From positions 151,208-215,207 of the forward strand of contig CAZPLO010000001.1 of NCBI GenBank assembly GCA_964587725.1: 64,000 nt of DNA, read 5' to 3'. The notes under the pieces were generated by a model. It ran no database searches. It was not told where the DNA came from and saw only the letters and a list, made by a program, of their open reading frames with translations. Every line of letters begins with the position of its first letter. The first letter of the stretch is position 1. The translations under genes and the position numbers were made by a program. Below are positions 21,145 through 30,628 of the stretch, piece after piece. The DNA is from an uncultured archaeon (GTDB lineage Archaea > Altiarchaeota > Altiarchaeia > IMC4 > SCGC-AAA252-I15).

Positions 21145-22061
21145 ATGGGCGTTGAGCTGCTGGAGAGAGGCGGGGGAATACCCGACAGGCTGATGCCGGA
21201 GCTCATAGAAAACGGCATTAAACCCTCTAACGCATTGGATTTAATGTCCGGGTACGCGGAGTCGCTGGACGGTGTTGACATAGTAACAGCCGACGTTCTG
21301 AAGTATGTGGGTGTGCCGGTGAAGGGAGACCTACCTGAGAAGACGGTGGTGCACCGTCTCTACACGGAACCCAACACATATCCGCCCACCGGCGAACCAC
21401 AGGTTGTCTCCACGGCCTTCGGATTGGAGAGAAGCGAGTGGGACCCCCAGACAAACGTGGAGAACCACTGGCAGTGGCTGGAGCCGCCAGAGAAGGCGGT
21501 GGACGAAGACTTCAACGCATACCGCAGTGTCAGCCAGCGAGCCGACGTGTCTATGCACTGGAAAATCCACGCCGTCTTGGGAGGTGAACCGTATTTGGCA
21601 GTCAACCCCGTGCAGTACAGCAGCTTCCCTGCTCAGGAGCAGGAATGGGTTCTGGAGGAGATGAGGGATACGTTGAGGGTGCTTGACGGGGAGGAGCCAA
21701 GGACAGGTGGAATGTCAGTGACAGATTCAGTGAAACAGATGTGGAAAACCCGGCTAAGGCGTCCAAGCTTCGGGGTAAAATCAGGTGGGGGATACGAAAG
21801 CTGGAAGACAACGCCAACGCCAGCGTGTTCCTGCACCACGACCGGGACAGGATAGCTGTGGCGTTGTCGGTCAAAGCGGCGGCAGACATGGGTTTCGACA
21901 GGGTGGCGTTTCCATCGGAGGAGACGCTGAGGCGGCGGTGGCCGGACATAACAGACTCCACGGTCGGAAACTACGGCAGACTCGCCGAATACGCCAAACA
22001 AAACACACTGGGGGTAAGGGTTTTCAGGTATGGGCCGGATTTAAGGCTGAAGCCTGCGTAA
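21145..22061 (+). pseudogene. Orphan gene split by an apparent frameshift near 21687-21700
   Basis: First frame decays into non-protein-like sequence; the shifted frame is open from about 21687 to 22061; junction is the G-run GACGGGGAGG. Confidence 0.5.
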
Positions 22062-22071
22062 AAAGTATACG

Positions 22072-22992
22072 ATGGCCGTGAAACCAAGGTTCTACGTGGT
22101 GAAGAATGGACAGCTGAACCCCGTTAATGTGTCGCAGTATGGGAGGGAGATTATGGGGGACGACCCCACGCTCCTCCCCGCGCCGGTGGAGATACAGGAC
22201 GTCAAGGTTGTTGAAGACGTCGGCTCGCTCGGCGACGGAGAAGTTGTGGCGGAACAGAACGGTAAACGGTTCCATCTAGCCACCAAAAGAGTAGAGGGTG
22301 AAGGCATTTCCCCGGGTGATGGAGTGTTGGGCGGCGCGGAACGGCAACTGCTGAAAAAGGTCATCAGAGAGTACAACCGCATGTACGAGCCCGGCGGCGA
22401 AGAATACGACATCGGAGACGACTTCTTCGAGGTGATGGAGGACGCAGACCATGTGAACCCCGTCGACGCCTTGCGGGGGGAGAAGGGAAGCGAGGTCGTC
22501 AAGGCATTGAAGGAGCTTCCGGAAACAACAAGGAGGAAGGTGCTGAATGCCTACGAAGCAGCCGTCAAGGATATGAGGCCGGGACAGCTTCACGTATGCA
22601 GGGACTTCCGGCGGGAGTTCACTGCCGCGTTGGAGACCAGGGAGGAGAGGATACACAGGAGGGTTGCTACGCTGGGCGGAGAAAGAAAAAAATTAAGCCA
22701 TGCTGAATTCAACGTCCTGGACTCCATGATGGACGCCATAATAGAGCCGTTAAGCGGCGAACAACTCGATAAGGAGAATTTCCTCGAAACACACCCCGTC
22801 GGAAGGCTCCTGCTGACCGAGGACCGGCAGGAGATTATGAAGGGCCTGGGGAAACTCAGCCCAGGGGACAGGGAGAAGTTCATCGTGTACGCGGACGCCG
22901 CCGAAAAACGGCTGAAAAAAGGAGACATCTACGGGAGAGACGAGCAACGGTTCCTCAAGCAGATGAGGAAAGCCGCGGGACAAAGTAGTTAG
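22072..22992 (+). CDS. Hypothetical protein (paralog A)
   Basis: 306-aa ORF sharing an N-terminal domain with the next gene. Confidence 0.7.
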   Translation: MAVKPRFYVVKNGQLNPVNVSQYGREIMGDDPTLLPAPVEIQDVKVVEDVGSLGDGEVVAEQNGKRFHLATKRVEGEGISPGDGVLGGAERQLLKKVIREYNRMYEPGGEEYDIGDDFFEVMEDADHVNPVDALRGEKGSEVVKALKELPETTRRKVLNAYEAAVKDMRPGQLHVCRDFRREFTAALETREERIHRRVATLGGERKKLSHAEFNVLDSMMDAIIEPLSGEQLDKENFLETHPVGRLLLTEDRQEIMKGLGKLSPGDREKFIVYADAAEKRLKKGDIYGRDEQRFLKQMRKAAGQSS

Positions 22993-23031
22993 ACAACGGC
23001 GTATATTTACGAAAGGTTCTCTAGTTCTATT

Positions 23032-23625
23032 ATGGCCCAGAAGCGGAGGTTCTTCGTCAAAACAAGAGGCAGTCTCAGGGAGTTCGACGTTGAAGAACAC
23101 GGTGGACTATACGTGCCCCGGCAGAGGAAGGGCATCAGCTTACGGCCTAAACCGGAACTGCCCGAACCGTTTGTGATAGACGACGTCAAGATGGTAACGG
23201 GCGACAACGAAATCCTCGAGGGGGAGCTTGCCGTCAGAACCGGGAAGAGCCTCTTCAGGGTTCACCCGCGTGAGGGGGAGAAGCCTGCTTTCACGGACAA
23301 ACCCGTGCTGGGGGGTTTGGAGAGGGGTGTGCTTAAGTCTCTTCAGGGGGCGGCTGAAATAACGGCCGCCCACCCCGGCCACTACCCTGGAGTGGATTTC
23401 AAGGGTGTCGCGGAGGCGCTGTCGCCGGAAAGCACCCTGACGGAGGGCAGCAGCAGCATGGAGGAAATCCTGGTTCACACAAGCGGGCTGACGCCGTTGG
23501 ACCGAGCCTTCATCGCCACCATGGCGGACGAGAAACTGAGGTTCCCCCAGACCGACTCTGAAAAACAATTCCTGATCCGGCTGCGCAACGAAGTGCTGCA
23601 GCAGAACCGCGACGAACAATACTAA
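23032..23625 (+). CDS. Hypothetical protein (paralog B)
   Basis: 197-aa ORF sharing an N-terminal domain with the previous gene. Confidence 0.7.
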   Translation: MAQKRRFFVKTRGSLREFDVEEHGGLYVPRQRKGISLRPKPELPEPFVIDDVKMVTGDNEILEGELAVRTGKSLFRVHPREGEKPAFTDKPVLGGLERGVLKSLQGAAEITAAHPGHYPGVDFKGVAEALSPESTLTEGSSSMEEILVHTSGLTPLDRAFIATMADEKLRFPQTDSEKQFLIRLRNEVLQQNRDEQY

Positions 23626-24206
23626 ACCCTGCCTTTCGTGCTTGGTACGTCGGAGCCCGTTACCCTTGAAGATTCCTTCAACGCCTTCGCCAGCGCCTTG
23701 AAGGTGGCTTCGACTTTGTGGTGGTCGTTTCTGCCCTCGACTTTGACGTTAAGGTTGAATCTACCGTTCAACGCCATGCTTTCGAGGAGGTGTTCGATGT
23801 TTTCCTTGCTGACGTCCCCCACTTTTCTCTCATGGAATTCGCTGAACGGCAAATCTATTTTGGCGTACGGGCGGCCCGACAAATCAACGGCGACTTCGGC
23901 GCGGCTGTCGTCCATTGGAACAATTGCGTGGGCCATCCGGTTAATCCCTTTCTTGTCGCCCAAAGACTTCAACAATGCTTCGCCCAACACGATGCCCATG
24001 TCCTCGACAAGGTGGTGGTCGTCGACGTCAACGTCGCCTTCGGCTTTGACCTTCAAGTCGAATCCGCTGTGTTTGCTGAAGTTTTCGAGCATGTGGTTGA
24101 GGAACTTCAGTGGAGTGTCGATTGAAGACTTACCTGCGCCGTCGAGGTTCAGTTCAAGCTTGACTTGCGTTTCCTTCGTCTCCCGCTCAACCTTCGCAGA
24201 CCGCAT
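23622..24206 (-). CDS. hisB: Imidazoleglycerol-phosphate dehydratase
   Basis: RETKET, FLNHML, DDHHLVED, PMDD, NDHHKVEATFKA, PSTKG. Confidence 0.97.
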   Translation of the reverse strand: MRSAKVERETKETQVKLELNLDGAGKSSIDTPLKFLNHMLENFSKHSGFDLKVKAEGDVDVDDHHLVEDMGIVLGEALLKSLGDKKGINRMAHAIVPMDDSRAEVAVDLSGRPYAKIDLPFSEFHERKVGDVSKENIEHLLESMALNGRFNLNVKVEGRNDHHKVEATFKALAKALKESSRVTGSDVPSTKGRV

Positions 24207-24207
24207 C

Positions 24208-24498
24208 TTATTTGAACAGTTTCTTTATCTTGTCCAGTTCGCCGGACGTCTTCCGCTTCATAACCTTGACCGTCCAGTACAGGACCAGCACCTTCCACAT
24301 CCGGCGGAGAACCCAGACCACGAACACGCCCACGATTATGAGGGGCAGCAGGAATATTAGGCTCAGGCCGAATATGAAGTACAGGGGAATCGACAGCAGC
24401 AGGCTACCCAGCAGGTCCTTCCGGTCCGGCATGAACAGCCGCTTGAACAATGCGAACAGCTTCTTAACCACCATTAATACCATCGAAACAGGGTTCAT
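24208..24498 (-). CDS. Small membrane protein
   Basis: Hydrophobic core; tightly packed between IMPase and hisB. Confidence 0.6.
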   Translation of the reverse strand: MNPVSMVLMVVKKLFALFKRLFMPDRKDLLGSLLLSIPLYFIFGLSLIFLLPLIIVGVFVVWVLRRMWKVLVLYWTVKVMKRKTSGELDKIKKLFK

Positions 24499-25334
24499 CG
24501 TAAAGTATTCTGCAGGATGTTAAATAACTTCCGGTTACCGGCCCCCAAGAGCTGAACACGCAGCTCAGGGTCCAATGGCAGGTTCTCCGGGAAATAAGAG
24601 CCCCCGTATTCGAGGCATGCGCCGGCCTCACTGCACAACAGTATCCCTGCGGCGACGTCGTATGTCTTTGGAGCTGCCGTGAAATCCGGGGCTCGAAGGT
24701 CAAGTAGCAGGTCTATTCTCCCCGCCGCAAGGTACGCGAGCTCCAGTGCTGTGGCGCCGTAGCACTTCACCCACACGCTCCGCTCAACACGGTCGGTGAA
24801 ATGTGAGATGGCGTTCACAGCTTTGGAGTGCATCTGGTACGCGCCCGCGAAGTGGCTGCCCAACGCAAGAACTGCATCGTCCAGGGTTTCTTTCCCGGAC
24901 GGGTTTACCTGTTCACCGTTTAGTCTGGCGCCGCCTCCGCGGACGGCGGTGAATTCTTCGTCGGCGTCGAACCGTTCCACCACCGCGCACGACGCTTGTG
25001 ACAGTTCAACTGCATTCAACTCGTAGGCGGCTATGCTGCAGCAGTGGAACGGCAGCTGCCGGCGGGCGTTCCTGGAGCCGTCCAGCGGGTCCACCATGAA
25101 CACGTACTCCGGTTTTCCATAGTCGACTGCCCCGCGGTCTTCAGTCAGCACCCTGCACGGCGTATTCAGCGAGCTGAAGTATTCTTCGACGGCGGCCTCC
25201 AACGGGACGTCCACCTCGTATGTTGCGTCTCCGGTGGCCGCGTAGGATACTTTTTCGGTGTAGTTGCCGGTGTATTCCACCGCGGCCAACTTAAGTGTTT
25301 GAGCCAGCTTCAGGCACAAATCCAGCAGCGACAT
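24495..25334 (-). CDS. Inositol monophosphatase/FBPase family phosphatase
   Basis: LTED, VDPLDGSRN, GATALELAYLAAG, YDVAAG. Confidence 0.9.
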   Translation of the reverse strand: MSLLDLCLKLAQTLKLAAVEYTGNYTEKVSYAATGDATYEVDVPLEAAVEEYFSSLNTPCRVLTEDRGAVDYGKPEYVFMVDPLDGSRNARRQLPFHCCSIAAYELNAVELSQASCAVVERFDADEEFTAVRGGGARLNGEQVNPSGKETLDDAVLALGSHFAGAYQMHSKAVNAISHFTDRVERSVWVKCYGATALELAYLAAGRIDLLLDLRAPDFTAAPKTYDVAAGILLCSEAGACLEYGGSYFPENLPLDPELRVQLLGAGNRKLFNILQNTLR

Positions 25335-25340
25335 GTTAGC

Positions 25341-26015
25341 CTATAGGCGGTGGACGGTTAAACGTCTGCTAAACCGTCTGAAGACGCGCAGGAACAACGG
25401 CCCCATCAACGCCATGAAGAACACGTTGCCTACTGCGCGGGCGGTGTTCGCCAGCATCCCAGACGCCAATACGCCTATGAACGACTCCAACGTGTGGGCG
25501 GGTATGAACGCCATCCACGAGAAGACGTCTACAACTGCGCCGTAGAGGTAGGCTATTATTACCGAGTAGACGGTTAACGGCAGAATCTCCCGGCGTATCC
25601 GGGGGATGAAGGCTGCGAACGCCCCCGCCAATCCGATGCCGAGCATCTGGAACGGCGTCCACGGCCCGTGGCCGAGGAAGAAGTTGGATGTGAACATTGA
25701 CAGCGCGCCGACCGCGAATCCGGTGGTGAACCCGAACACATACCCTGCTAGTATTACTATGAAGAATACGGGGCTGAACTCGATGCCGTGGAGCAGCTGC
25801 CGTGAGGCGACCGTCAACGCGACCAAGACCGCGACCAACACAATGGGCCTGGAGTCGGAGTGGCGTTCCTCGAACTCTATGAGGAGGAGGACGACCATCA
25901 GCGTGGACGCGGAGACCGCGTACACAAGCCAGCTGAACGACGGCCACACAACTATTGAAGCGTACACCGCAGCCAGCAGCAGCCACACCCCCGCCTTCAA
26001 CACCTTAGTCGACAC
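25341..26015 (-). CDS. ECF transporter S component, CbrT-like
   Basis: About 7 TM; FSPVFFIVIL, SNFFLGHGPWTPFQM signature. Confidence 0.8.
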   Translation of the reverse strand: MSTKVLKAGVWLLLAAVYASIVVWPSFSWLVYAVSASTLMVVLLLIEFEERHSDSRPIVLVAVLVALTVASRQLLHGIEFSPVFFIVILAGYVFGFTTGFAVGALSMFTSNFFLGHGPWTPFQMLGIGLAGAFAAFIPRIRREILPLTVYSVIIAYLYGAVVDVFSWMAFIPAHTLESFIGVLASGMLANTARAVGNVFFMALMGPLFLRVFRRFSRRLTVHRL

Positions 26016-27345
26016 CGTTTACCACCTTTATTTCGCGGGAAGCCACTTCCGCCACCAGCCGCCGGTCCTGGGTGACCACCACCACCGTCTTATCGTCAGA
26101 AAGCATCTCGCGTATCAGTGAAACCAGCGTCTCCCTGGATTTTGAGTCTATGCCGCGGGTGGGCTCGTCCAACACCACCATCTCCGGACCGGATATCAGG
26201 ACGGCTGCGAGGGCCAGGCGCTGCCGTTCGCCCACGCTCAAGTCACGGGGGTACGTGTCTTTGTAACGGAGGAGGTTGAAGCGTTCCAGCATGGAGTCGA
26301 CGTCCCCTTCCAGGTTAAGGTGTTTGAGCGTCAACTCCAGTTCGTCGGCTGCTGTGTCGCAGAACAGCATGTCCGACGGGTTCTGCGGGAGGTGGGCGAT
26401 TTTGCGGGCGAGCTCCTCCGTCGGCGTTTCGCTGGTGTCCATCCCGTATGCTTTCACCGACCCCCGTATTGGTTTGAGCAGTCCGTTGAAGTGCTTCACC
26501 AAGGTGGTCTTGCCGGAGCCGTTCGCGCCCGTGACGGCGACACATTCTCCTTTGAGGATTTTCAGGCTAACGTCTCGGAGGACTGTGCGGCTGGGGTAGC
26601 CGCCCGTCAGCCCGGAAACCACCAGCACCGCTTCACCCGATGAATCGGTGAACGAGGGCTCATGAACAGGGTGAATGACTGGTGTCGTCCGCTGTCTGGA
26701 GCCTAGGTCGTAGGCCCAGTCGCATTCCAGGCCGTCGAGGTTGTGCTCCACCAGCACCACCGTGACTCCGTCGCTGTTGAGCGATTTCAGGAGCTTGAAC
26801 AACTCCGTCCTGGACTCATAGTCCAGCTGCGACGTCGGCTCGTCCAACACCAGGATGCGGGGCTTCAACGCCAGCATCGACGCCAACACGACCTTCTGTT
26901 TCTCTCCGCCGGACAGCTCCGACGTCCTTCTGTTCAGAAGATGTTCTATACCCAGCCGCTCCGACACCCAGTTGATTCTCTCCCCTATCTCACCCGACCC
27001 CAACATAAGGTTCTCTAAACCGAATGCTATCTCCGACTCCACGTCCGACGTTACAACCTGGCTCTCCGGGTCCTGGAATACGAGGCCCACGTGCGTCGAC
27101 AGTTCGTTGACCGGGTGCTCCGTGGTGTCGAGGCCGTCCACGCGCACCGAACCCGATAGGGTGCCGCCTAGGTGATGCGGTATCAAACCGTTGAGCATTT
27201 TGCACAGCGTTGATTTCCCGGAGCCGGAGGGGCCTGTGATAAGGACGAAGTCTCCCCCCCCTACCGAGAGACTGACGTCTTCCAGCGCATGCTCTTTCTC
27301 GCCCGCGTACCTGTAGGATACGTTACTGAGTTCTATCGCGTTCAT
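26005..27345 (-). CDS. ECF transporter fused double ATPase (A-A')
   Basis: Two Walker A (GPSGSGKS, GANGSGKT), VFQDPESQ, LSGGEKQ, LDEPT twice. Confidence 0.93.
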   Translation of the reverse strand: MNAIELSNVSYRYAGEKEHALEDVSLSVGGGDFVLITGPSGSGKSTLCKMLNGLIPHHLGGTLSGSVRVDGLDTTEHPVNELSTHVGLVFQDPESQVVTSDVESEIAFGLENLMLGSGEIGERINWVSERLGIEHLLNRRTSELSGGEKQKVVLASMLALKPRILVLDEPTSQLDYESRTELFKLLKSLNSDGVTVVLVEHNLDGLECDWAYDLGSRQRTTPVIHPVHEPSFTDSSGEAVLVVSGLTGGYPSRTVLRDVSLKILKGECVAVTGANGSGKTTLVKHFNGLLKPIRGSVKAYGMDTSETPTEELARKIAHLPQNPSDMLFCDTAADELELTLKHLNLEGDVDSMLERFNLLRYKDTYPRDLSVGERQRLALAAVLISGPEMVVLDEPTRGIDSKSRETLVSLIREMLSDDKTVVVVTQDRRLVAEVASREIKVVNGVD

Positions 27346-28189
27346 GTTTGAATATGGGAAGGGTCAAGACCAGCAGGGGGAAGACGGCGGCAGCCGAGAA
27401 CGGTATAGGCGTTATGCCGTCGTACGGCCAGTAGTCGAGGAGGCCGGACGATTTCATGTAGAGCGCATATGCTCCGGCCAGAACCGCCAACGCCGCATGC
27501 AATTTCTCGCCCAGACCCCATGTGGTTTTGCGGTAGCTGGTTCTCCTGCCGGTGTATGCCCTCGACACCATGCTGTCCGACAAATTGAAGCCGCGCTCCA
27601 GCGACGTGACGACTGTCGGCACCAGGGTGCTGACGTTGTTTTTTGTCCGTTCAACCAGCGAGCCGGAGTCAAACCTCACCCCGCGGGACGCCTGGGCGTC
27701 GCGGATGGATGAGTGGTCTCGGAGTACGGTGGGCATGAACCGCATGGAAATGGATGTTGCAAGAGCTACCCCCGGAAGCTGGGACGGAATCAAACGCAGT
27801 ATGGCGTCGGGGGAGGTGGTGTTGTTGAATATCTGGAATGCTGTGAGCATGTTCACCAGGAACACCGTCATGATAAGGCCGGTGGAAACGGACTCCAGGG
27901 TTATGGGGCCTGCGAAAACCAGAGAAGGTATCTTGACGCCGAACAGGTCCAGGCGGTACGGTACCGTGTAGAGTACGGTGTCGCCTCCGTGGACCAGGAA
28001 GGTGTTCACGAACAACGGGATGGCGGACACCAGCAGGCCGACTTTCACGTAGGACTTCATCGGCTGCTTATATGAGGCGGCAACCGACGCGAGAACGGTG
28101 AACAGCAGCAGCTGATAGAGTGGGTTGTATGTGAATGCGCAGTAGGCCATCGCCAGCAGCAGCCACAATGTCCAGTTCACGGCGTTCAT
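27323..28189 (-). CDS. ECF transporter T component
   Basis: TM helices, SMRFMP, AQASRG and MVSRAY coupling motifs. Confidence 0.9.
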   Translation of the reverse strand: MNAVNWTLWLLLAMAYCAFTYNPLYQLLLFTVLASVAASYKQPMKSYVKVGLLVSAIPLFVNTFLVHGGDTVLYTVPYRLDLFGVKIPSLVFAGPITLESVSTGLIMTVFLVNMLTAFQIFNNTTSPDAILRLIPSQLPGVALATSISMRFMPTVLRDHSSIRDAQASRGVRFDSGSLVERTKNNVSTLVPTVVTSLERGFNLSDSMVSRAYTGRRTSYRKTTWGLGEKLHAALAVLAGAYALYMKSSGLLDYWPYDGITPIPFSAAAVFPLLVLTLPIFKHERDRTQ

Positions 28190-28225
28190 CTTCTGCTTTT
28201 ATAGTATGGTTGCGTAAATATAAGA

Positions 28226-28244
28226 GTTGGATAAATTATCCAAC
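28226..28244. promoter_or_regulatory. Perfect palindrome GTTGGATAA-A-TTATCCAAC, putative operator
   Basis: 9-bp arms, 1-nt spacer, in the 65-bp divergent promoter between the ECF operon and the surface protein. Confidence 0.6.
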
Positions 28245-28254
28245 ATTGTGGAAG

Positions 28255-29256
28255 ATGATTGGGAAAACAACATCATACGGGCTTATAATACTTATTTTGG
28301 CCGCCTCAGCCTCCGCGGCGAAGGTTGGAGTGTACGTTGAGTTCCCGGACGGGGGCTCATATTCGGAGTGCGTCGACGTCACAGAAGGCATCGACGGCTA
28401 CCAGGTGATGCAGGCAACAGACTTAGGACTGATGTGGGGTGGACCCCACGCACTGTACGGACACAGCCTGTGCAAGATAGAGGGAGAGGGCACGGAGACG
28501 ACGCCCACGGGATGCGAGTTCACAGGAGAATACTGGAACCTGTGGATAATCAAGTCCGGGAGCTCGTGGACCAGCATGCCTGTGGGATACGACGGCGGAG
28601 ACACCTGCTGGAACCGCGAAGACTACAGCTGGGACGGACACTACTGCGCGGTCGACGGCGACGTACTAGGGTTCGCGTTCGGGGAATGGAACACCAAACC
28701 AGGCAGGGTGGAATACGGTGACATCTGCAAACCAGCAGGTGGTGGGATAGGTAAGAAGTTCTTCCCCACCATGGAGGTGAACGTCACACCCCACCAACCG
28801 TACAGTGACACACCAGTCAACATACGGTTGAGGGACAACGACTCCGGCCATCCGGTGAAGGACGCGGCAGTCGAGGTATTCGATGCGGGAGACACGCCGG
28901 GGCTGAATGCTCCGCTCACGGAAGGTGAGACCGGACGCGACGGAGAAGTCGATTTCATATTGGATGTTGGACATTACACGGTCAGGATTACGCGGACGAG
29001 ATACGGGCACCGCTACCTGGACGTGGAAGTCCGGGAGACGACCACGACAACGTCAACCACAACCACCAGCACAACGACTACATCGACCACAACCACCACA
29101 GTTAAGCTGCCGGAGCATTTCCTGGTAACCACGACGACTGACACGACATCAACCACTACACTGGAGGAGCTGCCCCCCGTTGGTGCGGCAGTTGCAGCTG
29201 AACCCGGCGGCGGATTATTGAGCGGTCTGTGGCGGTGGCTGACGAATCTTTTATAA
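28255..29256 (+). CDS. Secreted surface protein: DUF4430/transcobalamin-like domain, Ig-like domain, Thr-rich stalk, C-terminal anchor
   Basis: Signal peptide ASASA; YGHSLCKIEGEG..YWNLW..WTSMPVG..DGDVLGF; poly-Thr tract at about 29035-29160. Confidence 0.7.
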   Translation: MIGKTTSYGLIILILAASASAAKVGVYVEFPDGGSYSECVDVTEGIDGYQVMQATDLGLMWGGPHALYGHSLCKIEGEGTETTPTGCEFTGEYWNLWIIKSGSSWTSMPVGYDGGDTCWNREDYSWDGHYCAVDGDVLGFAFGEWNTKPGRVEYGDICKPAGGGIGKKFFPTMEVNVTPHQPYSDTPVNIRLRDNDSGHPVKDAAVEVFDAGDTPGLNAPLTEGETGRDGEVDFILDVGHYTVRITRTRYGHRYLDVEVRETTTTTSTTTTSTTTTSTTTTTVKLPEHFLVTTTTDTTSTTTLEELPPVGAAVAAEPGGGLLSGLWRWLTNLL

Positions 29257-29280
29257 CCTGACCCCCATTGTTTCTTTACC

Positions 29281-30603
29281 ATGAGGGTTTTGGTGGTCGG
29301 CAACGGAGCAAGGGAACACGCCATCGCGGCGGCACTGAAGAGAAGCGGGTCGGAACTTTACGCGCATATGACTGCGGTGAACCCCGGCATCGCGCGTCTG
29401 ACGGAAGAGTATGGGGTAGGGGACAGCTGCAACCCCCCGGAAGTCCTCGAATACGCCAAAAACAGGGGCATAATGCTCGCCGTCATAGGGCCGGAGGCTC
29501 CGCTCGCAGCCGGCGTAGTCGATTCACTGGAGGACGGCGGCATACCGTGTGTGGGACCGCGGAGGGAGCCGGCGCGGCTGGAGACAGACAAGAGCTTCGC
29601 ACGCAACCTCATGAAGAAGCATAGAATAATGGGTACGCCGGAGTTCAGCGTCTTCGATAACGCCGACAGCGCATGCGATTTCATAGACGATTTCGGCAGA
29701 GACCTGGCGGTGAAGCCGGCGGGTTTGACAGGCGGGAAGGGAGTTAAGATTATGGGGGAGCACTTCGACGCCGGCGGCGCGAAGGAATACGTCCGAGAGA
29801 TATTAGACACATGCATGGGAGAGATACCGAAGGTTATTCTTGAAGAACGCCTGGTCGGTGAAGAATTCACGCTGCAGGCGTTCGTCGACGGCAAGACCGT
29901 TTTGGGGGCTCCGATGGTGCAGGACCATAAGCGCGCGTACGAAGGCGACGAGGGGCCGAACACCGGCGGCATGGGCAGCTACAGCGACAGCGGATACGTA
30001 CTCCCGTTCCTGACGCAGGAAGAGTATGACGACGGTGTCGGTATCATGGAGGAGACTGTGAAGGCCGTGAAGAAGGAAACCGGCGAGGAATACAGGGGCT
30101 TCCTGTACGGGCAGTTCATGGCCACCGCCGACGGCGTGAAGGTGATAGAATACAACGCCCGCCTCGGGGATCCGGAGGCCATGAACACACTCACCATACT
30201 CGAATCCGACATGCAGGAGCTGTGCATGAAAACCGCGACAGGGGAACTCGGCGGAAAAATCAGCTTCCAACCGAAAGCAACCGTCTGCAAATACATGGTA
30301 CCCGAAGGCTACCCCGATAATCCTTTGAACAACGTGGAAGTTACCATGGACCTGGAGGAGATAGAGGATATCGGCGGGGTGCTGTATTACGCGTCCGTCC
30401 GGGAGGAAGACGGCAGGATACTGACGTCTAAGTCGAGGGCCATCGCCGTAGTCGGCTCAGCAGAAACCATCGCGGAGGCGGAGCATATCGCGGAAGAATG
30501 CATGCCCCACATACGGGGCAGACTAAGGTACAGGAAGGACATCGGCACCAGCGAACTCATACAGAAGAGGATGGACCACATGCGGGAGCTGCGCGGGACT
30601 TAA
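29281..30603 (+). CDS. purD: Phosphoribosylamine-glycine ligase
   Basis: VGNGAREHA, IGPEAPL, GGKGV, QDHKR..GPNTGGMG, EYNARLGDPE. Confidence 0.97.
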   Translation: MRVLVVGNGAREHAIAAALKRSGSELYAHMTAVNPGIARLTEEYGVGDSCNPPEVLEYAKNRGIMLAVIGPEAPLAAGVVDSLEDGGIPCVGPRREPARLETDKSFARNLMKKHRIMGTPEFSVFDNADSACDFIDDFGRDLAVKPAGLTGGKGVKIMGEHFDAGGAKEYVREILDTCMGEIPKVILEERLVGEEFTLQAFVDGKTVLGAPMVQDHKRAYEGDEGPNTGGMGSYSDSGYVLPFLTQEEYDDGVGIMEETVKAVKKETGEEYRGFLYGQFMATADGVKVIEYNARLGDPEAMNTLTILESDMQELCMKTATGELGGKISFQPKATVCKYMVPEGYPDNPLNNVEVTMDLEEIEDIGGVLYYASVREEDGRILTSKSRAIAVVGSAETIAEAEHIAEECMPHIRGRLRYRKDIGTSELIQKRMDHMRELRGT

Positions 30604-30628
30604 ATAGGTGCGATACCCGTTAATACAT

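Noticed and set aside
29035-29160. ACN-rich tandem-like repeats
   Set aside because: Encode a Thr-rich linker; not a CRISPR array or VNTR
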